A DNA stretch of 64,000 nt from Spirochaetia bacterium (GTDB taxonomy: Bacteria; Spirochaetota; Spirochaetia; UBA9216), in contig OY776510.1 of NCBI GenBank assembly GCA_963675665.1, positions 416,001 through 480,000 on the forward strand. Reading direction: 5' to 3'. Each line of letters begins with the position of its first letter. The stretch's first letter is position 1. Shown here piece by piece: positions 39,638-49,801 of the stretch. A program made the position numbers and the translations under genes. The notes beneath the pieces are model-generated. The model was not told the DNA's origin. It saw nothing but the letters and a program-made list of their open reading frames with translations, and did no database searches.

Positions 39638-40336
39638 ATGAGCAGAAAAAAAGCGTTTACAGCAGCACTAAAAGCTTCCTCGCCTGTTTTTTTCGGATAC
39701 ATATCAATCGGCTTTGCATACGGATTTCTGCTGGTCAAGTCCGGTTTTGAATGGTACTGGGCTCCGATTATGAGCCTCACTATTTTTGCCGGGGCTGCCC
39801 AGTTTATGGCAATAAACCTCATCAACCAGAATAAAAGCTTTATCGAAATGGGACTTGCCGTTTTTCTGCTCAATGCAAGGCACATGGTATACGGTTTTTC
39901 CGTACTTGAACGTTTCGCCCCGTTTAAAAAATTCAAAAAATATCTTATTTTCGGACTTACCGATGAAACATATGCCCTTTTAACAACAATAGACCCTCCT
40001 GAAGACTCTGATCCTGAATTCTTCGATTTCTGCGTAACAGCCCTTGATCAGTCGTACTGGACAATCGGGGGAATTCTCGGCGCGCTGCTCGGAACAGTTA
40101 TAAGCTGGAACGCTCCGGGGCTTGATTTTGCCCTGACCGCTTTGTTTGTGGTTCTTCTTATTGAACAGATAAAAACCCTCAAAAGACCCGGACCGTTCAT
40201 TCTGGGGTTTATTGCTCCCGTGCTTTTCTATGTTGCAGGGTTTACCGAGCAGGCTCTTTTCCTCGGAATAGTCATCAGCTCAATCGGCTGCTTTCTCATG
40301 AAAAAACCGAAACCATGCGGAGTTGCTGATGATTAG
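39638..40336 (+). CDS. azlC: AzlC family branched-chain amino acid exporter subunit
   Basis: FAGAAQF, NARH..YG, LTDETYA, DFALTALF. Confidence 0.9.
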   Translation: MSRKKAFTAALKASSPVFFGYISIGFAYGFLLVKSGFEWYWAPIMSLTIFAGAAQFMAINLINQNKSFIEMGLAVFLLNARHMVYGFSVLERFAPFKKFKKYLIFGLTDETYALLTTIDPPEDSDPEFFDFCVTALDQSYWTIGGILGALLGTVISWNAPGLDFALTALFVVLLIEQIKTLKRPGPFILGFIAPVLFYVAGFTEQALFLGIVISSIGCFLMKKPKPCGVADD

Positions 40337-40646
40337 AATACTTATCGCAGTTGCAGTTATGACACTGGCAACACAGCTTACCAGGTTTTTTCCGTTTCTG
40401 CTGTTTTCCAGACGTGAACCTCCCAAATGGCTTATTACAGGAGCCAAACTGATTCCCGGCGCGGTTATGACGGTGCTTGTGGTCTCATGCATGCCGCATA
40501 ACTTCAACTTTACATCGCCTGAAACATGGATCCCGTGGGCCGGAGTAGCTGTTGTAAGCATTCTGCACCTGCTGTTCAGACATCCGCTGGTAAGCATTTT
40601 CGGAGGCACCGGCGTTTATATGACCCTGCTTCACTTTTTCGGGTAA
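40329..40646 (+). CDS. azlD: AzlD family subunit
   Basis: TRFFPF, P.AVM..LV, SIFGGT..YM. Confidence 0.87.
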   Translation: MIRILIAVAVMTLATQLTRFFPFLLFSRREPPKWLITGAKLIPGAVMTVLVVSCMPHNFNFTSPETWIPWAGVAVVSILHLLFRHPLVSIFGGTGVYMTLLHFFG

Positions 40647-40665
40647 ACTTCATCTTAAAGTACTC

Positions 40666-40714
40666 TTGACAAAAAGCAAGTCTTTTATTACCGTTGGTAA
40701 TTACCATTGGTAAT
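40666..40714 (+). promoter_or_regulatory. Promoter with tandem palindromic operators (probably for the downstream TetR)
   Basis: TTGACA at 40666; TTACC-GTT-GGTAA immediately followed by TTACC-ATT-GGTAA. Confidence 0.7.
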
Positions 40715-40736
40715 CTATAATTAAGAGGAAAAGTAA

Positions 40737-41495
40737 ATGAAGAAACTCAATATTGTATCTGGCATTCTTGCCGTAGCGGCTTCAGTTGCCGGGATTTTTT
40801 TTAATATCTACAAGGATATTCCATGGGCTGTATATCAGATGAAGGGACAGGATGTCGTTACCATAATAGCTTCTGCAGTACTGATTCTCAGCGTTTTACA
40901 TTATGACAGGAAATCACTGACGATAACCGCCGGCATCAATGCCTATCTGATCTATACCTATTTTTTATATGCGATTGCATCAAGGCTCAATCCTTTCTTT
41001 CATATTTATCTTGCTGTAGTTTTAACTTCGCTGGTGTCCCTGGTTACCGCAATAGACCGGCTAAGAGGTATATCCGGGGCTTCCGCAGGGAAAAGAGCAA
41101 AGGCTTTTTCAGTTATCTATCTGAGCGTTATTGCTTCGGTGCTGACATTTCTTTGGAATGCAGACATATTTGCCACTCTTTCCGGCAGTCCGATTTTGAA
41201 TACACCTGCCGGAGACCCTCTGACAATAGTCTATGTTTTCGATCTGACATTTGTTATCCCGGCAATAATATATACCCTATACCTGTTAAAAACAGGTAAG
41301 AGCTTCGGCATCCCGCTGTGCTGTGTTGTTCTGGTTAAGTGCGTAACCATGGGCGCGGCTCTTCTCGGAATGACTATCGGGGTCTGTATCGGCGGATTTG
41401 AACTTGAAACTTTTCTTGCGGCATTCTGGTTTATCCTTGCCTTGACAGGCGCCGCCGCTCTGACAGTATTTTTGAAGGGGAGCAGAATTGGTTAA
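40737..41495 (+). CDS. Multi-pass membrane protein of unknown function
   Basis: About 8 hydrophobic helices, GQD and DL..P motifs; RBS GAGG. Confidence 0.75.
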   Translation: MKKLNIVSGILAVAASVAGIFFNIYKDIPWAVYQMKGQDVVTIIASAVLILSVLHYDRKSLTITAGINAYLIYTYFLYAIASRLNPFFHIYLAVVLTSLVSLVTAIDRLRGISGASAGKRAKAFSVIYLSVIASVLTFLWNADIFATLSGSPILNTPAGDPLTIVYVFDLTFVIPAIIYTLYLLKTGKSFGIPLCCVVLVKCVTMGAALLGMTIGVCIGGFELETFLAAFWFILALTGAAALTVFLKGSRIG

Positions 41496-42012
41496 AAAAA
41501 GCAAAAAGAAAGAAATTCTGGATGCCGCATTCCATCTTCTGAAAGAATCAGGAGATATATCTTCACTGAACCTGAGGAAAACGGCCAGACTGGCCGGTTG
41601 CGCTCATACGAATGTTTATAACTACTTCCCGAACCTTGAAGCATTAAAGTGGGCCATGCTCGAACAGGCCCTCCATATGCTTGAAAAATTCATATTCGAT
41701 GTTTCAGAGAAACAAAACGATATTATAAAAGTGATATCACGCTACATTGATTTTGCGTTTCTGCATCCGGAGCTTTATAAGCTGATATGGATTACAAACC
41801 TGAGTTCTGAATTCGAACCTTCAGATACCGGTTCTTTGACGAGAATTCCGGATAGACTGCTTATGTACGCGGATCCCGTCAGGCTGGATACGGCTTATTC
41901 ATTTGTGCACGGCAAACTGGTGAATATAATCTTCTCACGGACAAAAATGGAAAACCCCGAAACAACCAAAGCAAACATCCTCAAAATCTGTAAAGGGATT
42001 CTTGAGGAATAA
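41488..42012 (+). CDS. TetR/AcrR family regulator
   Basis: ILDAA, LRKTARLAGCAHTNVYNYF HTH. Confidence 0.87.
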   Translation: MVKKSKKKEILDAAFHLLKESGDISSLNLRKTARLAGCAHTNVYNYFPNLEALKWAMLEQALHMLEKFIFDVSEKQNDIIKVISRYIDFAFLHPELYKLIWITNLSSEFEPSDTGSLTRIPDRLLMYADPVRLDTAYSFVHGKLVNIIFSRTKMENPETTKANILKICKGILEE

Positions 42013-42015
42013 CCA

Positions 42016-42172
42016 TTTTACGCTCCACGAGCACCTAAAATGTTGCTACGCTACGCTCCACATGCATTTGAAAGTGCTGCTCCACTACGCTCCGCAGACA
42101 TTTGACATTGTTGTTTCAGTTCCTTCCACAGACATTGGAAAATGTTGCTACGCTACGCTCCACAGCATTTTT
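42016..42172. repeat. Degenerate 34-bp tandem repeat (about 4.5 units) overlapping the 3' end of the YchJ gene
   Basis: Units start at 42037, 42071, 42105, 42139; consensus AAAATGTTGCTACGCTACGCTCCACAGxCATTTG. Confidence 0.8.
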
Positions 42173-42629
42173 TGAACTTTTTGCCGCTGCCGCAGGGACA
42201 AGGTTCGTTGCGGCCGATCTTCGGCGTTTCCCGCACTACGGTAGCCGACGGCGTATAACCGTCGCTGAAATACCAGAAACCGTTCTTTTTTACGAAACTG
42301 CTTATTTCATGATGATCGTATTCTGTTCCATCCTGGCTGAATTTTGCAGTAAATTCTACCTCGCCTTCATCACCCGAACTTTCTGCGCGTTTTATCTCAA
42401 GCCCCAGCCAGTCCGATTCCGCCGCCCATTTTTCAGTAGCTTTGCGATCGAGCCTGTTGAGTCTTGCAGGATCATGCGTATCAACGATGAAATCTATTTC
42501 CTGCATAACATATGCGGTATACCGCGCGCGCATCAGCGCTTCGGGTCCGGAGGCGTTCTTTTTACCGCTGATATACGGTTCGCAGCAAGCTGTATATGAT
42601 TTTCCGCTTCCGCAGGGACAATTACTCAT
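42153..42629 (-). CDS. ychJ: YchJ family SEC-C motif protein
   Basis: N-terminal CPCGSG..Y..CC, LMRARY, W.GL.I, HE.S.F, C-terminal [18 protein letters not shown]. Confidence 0.9.
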   Translation of the reverse strand: MSNCPCGSGKSYTACCEPYISGKKNASGPEALMRARYTAYVMQEIDFIVDTHDPARLNRLDRKATEKWAAESDWLGLEIKRAESSGDEGEVEFTAKFSQDGTEYDHHEISSFVKKNGFWYFSDGYTPSATVVRETPKIGRNEPCPCGSGKKFKKCCGA

Positions 42630-42729
42630 TTTTCACTCCTGAAAATAATCTTAAATTATCGGTTTTATCCCTAAAATTCAAGCTTTCCCCTTAAAAACAG
42701 GAAGATTACACAAATTCATAAACATTTTC

Positions 42730-42784
42730 TTGACTTATAACACCTATAGTACTATAGTTATATTGTACTAATGGTTTAGTACAA
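42730..42784 (+). promoter_or_regulatory. Promoter and YtrA-type operator
   Basis: TTGACT-17 bp-TATAGT; palindrome TTGTACTAA-TGGT-TTAGTACAA at 42763-42784. Confidence 0.78.
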
Positions 42785-42815
42785 GTATACAACTCCATCA
42801 TATGGGGGATGCAAT

Positions 42816-43271
42816 GTGACAGAAAATTCGTTAAAAACCCTGGTTTTCAGTCTTGATCCGAAGAGCGGTGTGCCTTTCTATAAACAGGTAATCCTGCAGA
42901 TAGAAATGGCAATCGCCGACGGACGGTTGATAAACGGCGATCAGCTGCCTACGGTTCGAAGCCTGGCAGTTGATCTGAGTATAAATCCCAATACCGTTGC
43001 CCGAGCCTACAATGAACTCGAAATACGTGGAATCGTTAACACTCAGCAGGGAACGGGAACATTCATCAGCGGGAAAACCGTAGAGATCGATGATATCAAG
43101 CGCGAGAAGGTCCTCGCCGGCATAAGCCGTTCCTTTATCTCAAAAGCCGGATCTTACGGTTTCACTCTGAAAGAGATTATAGAATATCTTCAATCGCTGA
43201 ACACTGCAGGAGGGGCTTCCGCCTCATCAGTGAATCATAAAGCGGGTGAAGATAAAGGAGGAAAAGAATGA
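42816..43271 (+). CDS. GntR family (YtrA subfamily) regulator
   Basis: PFYKQ, LPTVRSLA..L.INPNTVARAY.ELE..G, G.GTF; short C-terminal domain. Confidence 0.92.
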   Translation: MTENSLKTLVFSLDPKSGVPFYKQVILQIEMAIADGRLINGDQLPTVRSLAVDLSINPNTVARAYNELEIRGIVNTQQGTGTFISGKTVEIDDIKREKVLAGISRSFISKAGSYGFTLKEIIEYLQSLNTAGGASASSVNHKAGEDKGGKE

Positions 43272-44362
43272 ATCTTTTTCAAACAAAACCAACAAGAATA
43301 AAAAACTTTCAAACACCGGTATTCCATAAAGATTTCAGCTACAGCGCAGTTTCACTTCTTGTGCTCGGTATTTTTGTAGCAGTCGGTGTATTTATCCAGA
43401 TACAGATGTATCCTGACAGTACAACAGAACAGGTAGTGCAGCTTACTGCAGGCCTGTTTTTCGGCGGTGTACTTCTGGCGATGCTTCCGTTATGGCTGTT
43501 CAGCATTGTGATAATAAGCGCCATATGGATTAACCTTCTTGCTTTTTTCAACCTGGACTTCTGGCCTCTGGCAACAGCCGGATCAATAGGGGTACTCATC
43601 TCGGCATCTGTAGAGCTGGTCTACCAATGGGATAAGGTAGTTATTCTGCGTATGGGAAAATTCAAAAAAGTACACGGCCCCGGAATATTCGTTCTTCTTC
43701 CCCTTCTTGATCGTACCGCGGCATATATCGACACACGAATAAGGGCAACTGATTTCAGCGCCGAAAAAACACTTACTATCGATACGGTACCGGTACATGT
43801 AGACGCACTCTGCTTCTGGATGATCTGGGACGCTAAAAAAGCGGTGCTGGAAGTAGAAAACTACCTGGAAGCGGTAACACTGTCTGCACAGACTGCGCTT
43901 CGCGATTCCATAGGCAAACATGATCTGGCATCACTATTGTCAGAACGCGAAGAACTCGGACGGGAAATTCAGCAGGCCCTCGATTCAAAAACAAACCCGT
44001 GGGGAGTCTCAATCCTTTCGGTTGAAATTACCGATATAATCATCCCGAAAGAGCTGGAAGATTCGATGAGCAAACAGGCACAGGCCGAACGCGAACGGAG
44101 ATCGCGAGTCATCCTCAGTACCGCGGAAGTGGAAATTGCGGAGAAATTCGAAATGGCTGCTGAAAAATACAGCAAAAACCCTACAGCTTTCCAGCTGAGA
44201 GCAATGAACATGGTATACGAAGGCCTGAGACAAAATAATTCCATGATGCTTATGCCGTCTTCTGCCCTGGACAATATGAACCTCGGCGCTGTGATGGGAA
44301 CGGCAGCCATGAATGAAATAAACAAGCAGAAAAAAGATTCCAAGGAGAAACATGATGATTAA
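43268..44362 (+). CDS. SPFH/stomatin family protein with extra N-terminal TM helices
   Basis: VILRMGK..GPG, T.D.VPV.VD, QT.LR..IG, PWGV..VEI.D, QAQAERERR. Confidence 0.9.
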   Translation: MNLFQTKPTRIKNFQTPVFHKDFSYSAVSLLVLGIFVAVGVFIQIQMYPDSTTEQVVQLTAGLFFGGVLLAMLPLWLFSIVIISAIWINLLAFFNLDFWPLATAGSIGVLISASVELVYQWDKVVILRMGKFKKVHGPGIFVLLPLLDRTAAYIDTRIRATDFSAEKTLTIDTVPVHVDALCFWMIWDAKKAVLEVENYLEAVTLSAQTALRDSIGKHDLASLLSEREELGREIQQALDSKTNPWGVSILSVEITDIIIPKELEDSMSKQAQAERERRSRVILSTAEVEIAEKFEMAAEKYSKNPTAFQLRAMNMVYEGLRQNNSMMLMPSSALDNMNLGAVMGTAAMNEINKQKKDSKEKHDD

Positions 44363-45032
44363 GATTGACAATGTAATAAAAAACTACCGGAACGGTGAAA
44401 CCGAAGTTAAAGCTCTGAGAGGTGTTTCCCTTGAAATCGACAAGGGCGAATTCACCTCAATTGCAGGCCCTTCCGGCTCGGGAAAAACAACCCTTCTTAA
44501 TCTTATAGGCTGCATCGATGTTCTTGATCGCGGAGAAATCACAATTAAGAACGAGCCTGTTTCAAGCATGAACAAAAAGGAAAAAACAAATTTCAGACGC
44601 CTGAATCTCGGGTTCGTCTTCCAGACTTACAACCTTATTCCGGTGCTTTCGGCTTATGAAAATGTATCCTTTGTTTTGTCTTTACTCGATATCAGCGAAA
44701 ATGAGGTACAGGAGCGCACAATGAACATTCTGAAGGAAGTCGGTCTTGAAGGCATGGAAAACCGAAAGCCGGCAAAACTTTCCGGAGGCCAGCAGCAGCG
44801 TGTGGCAATAGCACGTGCGCTTATAAAGAACCCGGAGATTGTGCTGGCCGATGAACCGACGGCAAATCTTGATTCCGGTACTGGAGAAGAAATTCTGAAG
44901 TTGATGAAGGAGATGAATGAGAAACACGGAACGACCTTCATCTTTTCAACTCACGATCCGATGGTTATGGATTATGCCCGGCGTGTTGTTATGCTTCATG
45001 ACGGTCAGATACACAGCGACAAGAGGAAATAA
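44352..45032 (+). CDS. LolD/MacB-type ABC ATPase
   Basis: [37 protein letters not shown]. Confidence 0.92.
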   Translation: MMIKIDNVIKNYRNGETEVKALRGVSLEIDKGEFTSIAGPSGSGKTTLLNLIGCIDVLDRGEITIKNEPVSSMNKKEKTNFRRLNLGFVFQTYNLIPVLSAYENVSFVLSLLDISENEVQERTMNILKEVGLEGMENRKPAKLSGGQQQRVAIARALIKNPEIVLADEPTANLDSGTGEEILKLMKEMNEKHGTTFIFSTHDPMVMDYARRVVMLHDGQIHSDKRK

Positions 45033-45034
45033 TT

Positions 45035-46294
45035 ATGAAATTTATAATATCTCTGGCTTTTAAGAATTTGACCAGATATAAAAGACGTACATTAATTACC
45101 GCCGGCGCAATCGCTGTCGGAATAATGATGTTCATAATGATCGACTCTATGCTCAAGGGCGCCGAATATGAATCCGTAAGAAATCTGAAGTGGTATGAAA
45201 CTTCATCCGTCAGGCTCTATAACGAGGAGTATTGGGAAAACCGGCATCAGTTGCCGCTTGATATTAATATTGCCGATGCGGATACGGTTGTTGCCGAACT
45301 CGAAAGCGCAGGATATACGTCAGCAGCAAGAACGGTTTTCTCGGGAGACCTGATCCTTAATGCTGATGATTTTGGCGAAGACGGAAACATGCCCGTTCAG
45401 GTTACTGCAATAGACCCTGAAAAAGACTTTAAAGTCTTTCATTTTACCGACACGCTCATAGACGGCCGGTTCCTGAATACCGGAGAAGAGGCCGTTCTGC
45501 TTGGCTCCTGGATGGCTGAGGACATAGGCGCCGAAGTAGGATACTGGATAACGATAGTAACTCGCGGCAACGGCGGTTTTTATGAATCGATGGATCTCGA
45601 GGTTGTGGGCATAGTCAACTGTCCAAACCCGAACGTTAACCGCGGACTGGTAATGATGCCCTTAGATACCGCCGGAGATTATCTGGCAATGGAAGGAGCG
45701 GCAACCGAGATAAACATCAGGCTGTCGGATAAAGCGGACGTTGAAGCTGAAACGGCAATAATACAGAAAATTGTAGATAAAGCCGGCTTTTCTGAGAAAC
45801 TTACCGCTCTGGACTGGAAGTACATGGCGGCTGATTACCTGGCAATCGCACAGGCGAAACGCGGCGGTACCGGCATGGTTCTTTTTCTTATCTTTATAAT
45901 CGCCGCGGTAGGCATTTCCAATACCATGCTGATGGCCATCTTTGAACGGATTCGTGAATTGGGAATGATGCGCTCACTTGGAATGCCCGACAAAAAAATC
46001 CGGGCCGCCTTTTTGGTAGAAGCCTCCGGCATAGGAATGATTGGATCTATAATCGGTGTTATCCTCGGAATTCTGGTTAATATCTATGTCGTCAATATAG
46101 GTTTTGATTTCGGTTTCATCATGCGGGATATGGACATAGGATACCGGATTCAATCCGTAATGCGCGGAGTCTGGAATTTCGATACGATGATAGGGGCATT
46201 TTTTGCCGGAACTGTCATATCAACACTTGTAGCGTTTTTTCCGACCGGTAAAGCACTGAAAATGGACATTCCGTCCTGCCTCAGGCACCAGTAA
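45035..46294 (+). CDS. LolC/E (FtsX-like) ABC permease
   Basis: KNL.R.KRRT, large periplasmic loop, NTMLMAIFER.RELG. Confidence 0.88.
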   Translation: MKFIISLAFKNLTRYKRRTLITAGAIAVGIMMFIMIDSMLKGAEYESVRNLKWYETSSVRLYNEEYWENRHQLPLDINIADADTVVAELESAGYTSAARTVFSGDLILNADDFGEDGNMPVQVTAIDPEKDFKVFHFTDTLIDGRFLNTGEEAVLLGSWMAEDIGAEVGYWITIVTRGNGGFYESMDLEVVGIVNCPNPNVNRGLVMMPLDTAGDYLAMEGAATEINIRLSDKADVEAETAIIQKIVDKAGFSEKLTALDWKYMAADYLAIAQAKRGGTGMVLFLIFIIAAVGISNTMLMAIFERIRELGMMRSLGMPDKKIRAAFLVEASGIGMIGSIIGVILGILVNIYVVNIGFDFGFIMRDMDIGYRIQSVMRGVWNFDTMIGAFFAGTVISTLVAFFPTGKALKMDIPSCLRHQ

Positions 46295-46348
46295 CGGAAT
46301 ACTGAAATTACTACCCTGTAATTTTTGGTATTCACAGGAGGATATAAA

Positions 46349-47581
46349 ATGACTTTGAAAATAGCTAAAACAGCCTATAAAAACATTTCCAGAAACAAGC
46401 GCCGTTCTATTCTTTCCGGGGCTGCAATCAGTATTGCAGCAATGAGCATAGTAATGTTTTTCGCATTGATTGGCGGGATGTCGCAGGATATGGAAAACAA
46501 CCTCGGTGCCTATTATTCAGGAGATGTTAATATAAGGAACACTGACTATGAAAAATATGAGCGGTTTAATCCTGTTCATCTGACTGTAAATATCGACGAG
46601 ACCGAAGCTGTGCTGAAACAGACAGAAGGGATTGACGAATGGGTATACCGAACAAATTTTCCCGCAAATATGTATATAAACGGCACCAATCACGGCGCCC
46701 TCGGCGTAGGAGTTGATTTCGCAAGGGAAGCCGGTTATATCGATCTTGGTTCTATCCTGAAAAAAGGAAAAATTCCTGAAACGGGAAAAAACGAGATGCT
46801 CATTGGAGCAGTTCTGGCAAACAACCTTCATCTTGATGTGGGCGACAAGGTAACTATTATTTCAATGACCGCCAGCCGCGGCTCAAACGCAATTACGCTT
46901 AAAATTGCGGGAATCGCAGCTTTTCCGGTCGCCGCCCTTAATGCCGGATACTTCTGGATGCCGATTGACCGTGTGCAGCACTTTCTGCAGATACCCGGAG
47001 CCACACAGCAGATCCTCATAAAAACCGCCGACGGATATAAACGCAAAAACATAGCGAACGAGATTGACGAAGCGCTTATTGCCGCCGGAATACCGGCTGA
47101 TGTTAACGAGATGGAGGATATGAGTATGATGTTTATATTCCTCCGACTTGCCGATATGGTTTACAACGTAATTGCCGTTTTCTTCTTTGTTCTGGGAAGC
47201 ACAGTAATCATAAATACCACAATGATGGTCATATTTGAAAGGATGCGGGAAATAGGCACACTGTCGGCGCTCGGCATGCACGGAAAGGAGCTGACGCGCC
47301 TCTTTCTTCTGGAAGGGACTTTTATAAGCGCGGCGGGCGCGGCAATAGGTGTTGTGGTCGGGGTAATTATCACCCTTTACCTGTCAAAAACCGGCATTGA
47401 TTTTACCGACGCCATGCAGGGAATTGAAATGGAAATATCTTCAGTACTGTATCCGGTTCTGAGTGTACCGAGGACCATTTTCGTATTTTTCTATTCGGTT
47501 ATCATCTCAAGTCTTGCAACCCTGATACCCTCGAAAAAAGCGTCACGTATTGAACCGGTTGAAGCGCTCAGATACATATAA
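46349..47581 (+). CDS. LolC/E (FtsX-like) ABC permease
   Basis: KNI.RNKRRS, NTTMMVIFER.REIG, P.EALR; ATG 46349 after AGGAGG. Confidence 0.88.
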   Translation: MTLKIAKTAYKNISRNKRRSILSGAAISIAAMSIVMFFALIGGMSQDMENNLGAYYSGDVNIRNTDYEKYERFNPVHLTVNIDETEAVLKQTEGIDEWVYRTNFPANMYINGTNHGALGVGVDFAREAGYIDLGSILKKGKIPETGKNEMLIGAVLANNLHLDVGDKVTIISMTASRGSNAITLKIAGIAAFPVAALNAGYFWMPIDRVQHFLQIPGATQQILIKTADGYKRKNIANEIDEALIAAGIPADVNEMEDMSMMFIFLRLADMVYNVIAVFFFVLGSTVIINTTMMVIFERMREIGTLSALGMHGKELTRLFLLEGTFISAAGAAIGVVVGVIITLYLSKTGIDFTDAMQGIEMEISSVLYPVLSVPRTIFVFFYSVIISSLATLIPSKKASRIEPVEALRYI

Positions 47582-47729
47582 TACTGAAATGACATCCATG
47601 ACATTTCAGTATATTGAAGTATGAAATTAATAAGCTGAGAGACAGGCTTGTCATACTTCATCAATAAAATCTGCCATACCTGCGGCGCTGCTTCGCAGTC
47701 TATGGCAGGATCTTTTACAGGAGGAACAT

Positions 47730-48464
47730 ATGAAAATCAAACTTTTGGTATTTACAATAATTGTCCTGCTTCCCGCAACAGTTTTCGGAATCAGCGGCGA
47801 TGAAATAGTAAGACTGGCCGATGAAGCCCAGACATTTGAAACCGCCGAATCCTCAGGCGAAATGAGAATCACCGACCGTTTCGGAACAAAGATCACGACA
47901 TTCAATTCGTGGGCAAGGGGAGAATCGGAATCGCTGATCGAATTTACCAGCCGTGCGGAACGCGGTCAGAAAGTTCTGCGCACCGAGGATGAGATTTATC
48001 TTTACTATCCCGACGCCGAAGAACTTATCAGAATGCAGGGGGCCGCTCTCAGACAGGGCATGCTGGGCTCGGACATCTCCTACGAAGATATGACCGGGGG
48101 CAAAGATCGGGCATCCAAATATGATATAGAAATCACAGGCGAAGAACGCGTACTTGGAAAAGATTGCTGGGTTCTTACGTTAACTGCCAATACCAGAACC
48201 GTCCCGTATCCGAAGGAAATAGTCTGGATAGACAAAGATAACTATATGGTCTTAAAGGGTGAATACTACACAAAATCCGGAAGACTTCTGAAAGAGATGG
48301 AAGTACTTGAAACAGACGTTCTCGGAGGAATCGAAGTTGCAGTTGAAACAAGGATCTCGGACAAGATGAAATCTGATTCTGAAACAATCATGATTTTAAA
48401 TGAGCTTAAAACCGACATAAAGCTTGATGATGAAATGTTTTCACTGGAGGAACTTTCATGGTAA
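47730..48464 (+). CDS. LolA-like outer-membrane lipoprotein-sorting protein
   Basis: Signal peptide; G.KVL, YLY.P, GSD.SYEDM, WIDK, G.LLK, F....L. Confidence 0.82.
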   Translation: MKIKLLVFTIIVLLPATVFGISGDEIVRLADEAQTFETAESSGEMRITDRFGTKITTFNSWARGESESLIEFTSRAERGQKVLRTEDEIYLYYPDAEELIRMQGAALRQGMLGSDISYEDMTGGKDRASKYDIEITGEERVLGKDCWVLTLTANTRTVPYPKEIVWIDKDNYMVLKGEYYTKSGRLLKEMEVLETDVLGGIEVAVETRISDKMKSDSETIMILNELKTDIKLDDEMFSLEELSW

Positions 48465-49729
48465 AAAAAACCCTGATGCTGCTGTTTCTTGCTGCGGTAA
48501 TGCTTCTTCCTGCAACAGCAGAGGGAGATTTATCGATGGAACTCGGCATCAGTCATCTTGTTCTGCAAACAAGAGAAACAGAACCCGTTTACGACATGAG
48601 TAACCCGGAAGCTCCCGAACTTATCGGAACAGAAGGCGGCGATAAATACTGGGCATTGACCTCAAGCGGTTCCGGAGCTTTTTCATTTAAATCAGGCGGC
48701 AACAAAAACGTCAAAGCCGACCTTGCTTTCAGTTTCGCGTTTCCTGAAACGGATATTTCCGAGGCTGCAGGAGCTCCGTCCGGAACAGTAGTGATGCCAC
48801 TTTTAAGCCTTGATCGCGCCTGGGTTAAAGCGCGCTTTCCATGGTTCAGGGTTACCACCGGCAAAACAAGGCTCGACTGGGGCGAAGGTTTTATATTTAA
48901 TGCCGGGGATGTTATCCAGGGATCTACCGATACTGCAGTTGATCTGACCGCAGCCGAACTGCGGACTGAAACTAATTGGCTTGCAGCGCTGAATGTCCCG
49001 CTTGGCAGGTTCAGTTTTATAGAGGGCGTATATCTGCCGCCTGAACCCGACAGCGAAGCCGGTGAAATCATCGGCCGTATAGATAAATCGTCGGGCGGCG
49101 GAAGGTTATACACTAAATTGGCAGGAGTGAAAATAGAAGCCGGTTATTTTTTTGATCAGACAGCCGCAGATGATTCTTCCGATGATAATGCATTATCACA
49201 AAGACACAAACCGTATTTATCACTGCAGGGCAATCTTCTTGCCGACTGGTATCTTTCAACATCAGCAGCATTGCCGGTCAGCAGCAATCCGGAAGAACCG
49301 TTCAGGGATTCTTTTAACATCAGCGGAGGACTTTTTTATATTAAACAGCTGAACAGCATAAGTACAATAAGTTTCCGCCTTGAAGGTTTATATAAACCGT
49401 TCTTCAGCTGGCAGGAGGAATCTCGTGATCAAAACTCCGAACCTCCGGTTTATGCACTGCTTCTGTATCCTGAAATCAGCTGGAGTCCTGTTGATACTGT
49501 CAATTTATCAGTCCGTTCAATATGGTCCCCGGTGGACATGTCGGCGATGGCGGCAATCGGAGCAGGATGGAATGTTTTTGAAGGGTTCGATTTAAACTTT
49601 TACGCCGTAGCAAATGCAGGTGATCCCGACGACACTTTTGCCTGGAACAGGGATACTGCCTTGTGGGTGCCTGGAACCGATATAATCGACGCGGCAGCTT
49701 TTATTCTCGGAGTAAATTATATATATTGA
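48458..49729 (+). CDS. Putative outer-membrane beta-barrel protein
   Basis: Signal peptide, DRAW..GK.R..WG, alternating aromatic beta-strands, C-terminal LGVNYIY. Confidence 0.6.
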   Translation: MVKKTLMLLFLAAVMLLPATAEGDLSMELGISHLVLQTRETEPVYDMSNPEAPELIGTEGGDKYWALTSSGSGAFSFKSGGNKNVKADLAFSFAFPETDISEAAGAPSGTVVMPLLSLDRAWVKARFPWFRVTTGKTRLDWGEGFIFNAGDVIQGSTDTAVDLTAAELRTETNWLAALNVPLGRFSFIEGVYLPPEPDSEAGEIIGRIDKSSGGGRLYTKLAGVKIEAGYFFDQTAADDSSDDNALSQRHKPYLSLQGNLLADWYLSTSAALPVSSNPEEPFRDSFNISGGLFYIKQLNSISTISFRLEGLYKPFFSWQEESRDQNSEPPVYALLLYPEISWSPVDTVNLSVRSIWSPVDMSAMAAIGAGWNVFEGFDLNFYAVANAGDPDDTFAWNRDTALWVPGTDIIDAAAFILGVNYIY

Positions 49730-49801
49730 CAGCGGAAATATTCTCATATTTTTCCAGGAAAGCTTGAGTTTCCATGATTGTTTAACAATAATTATACATA
49801 G

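Noticed and set aside
42016-42172. 34-bp repeats as a CRISPR array
   Set aside because: Units are contiguous with no unique spacers, are degenerate, and no cas genes are present.
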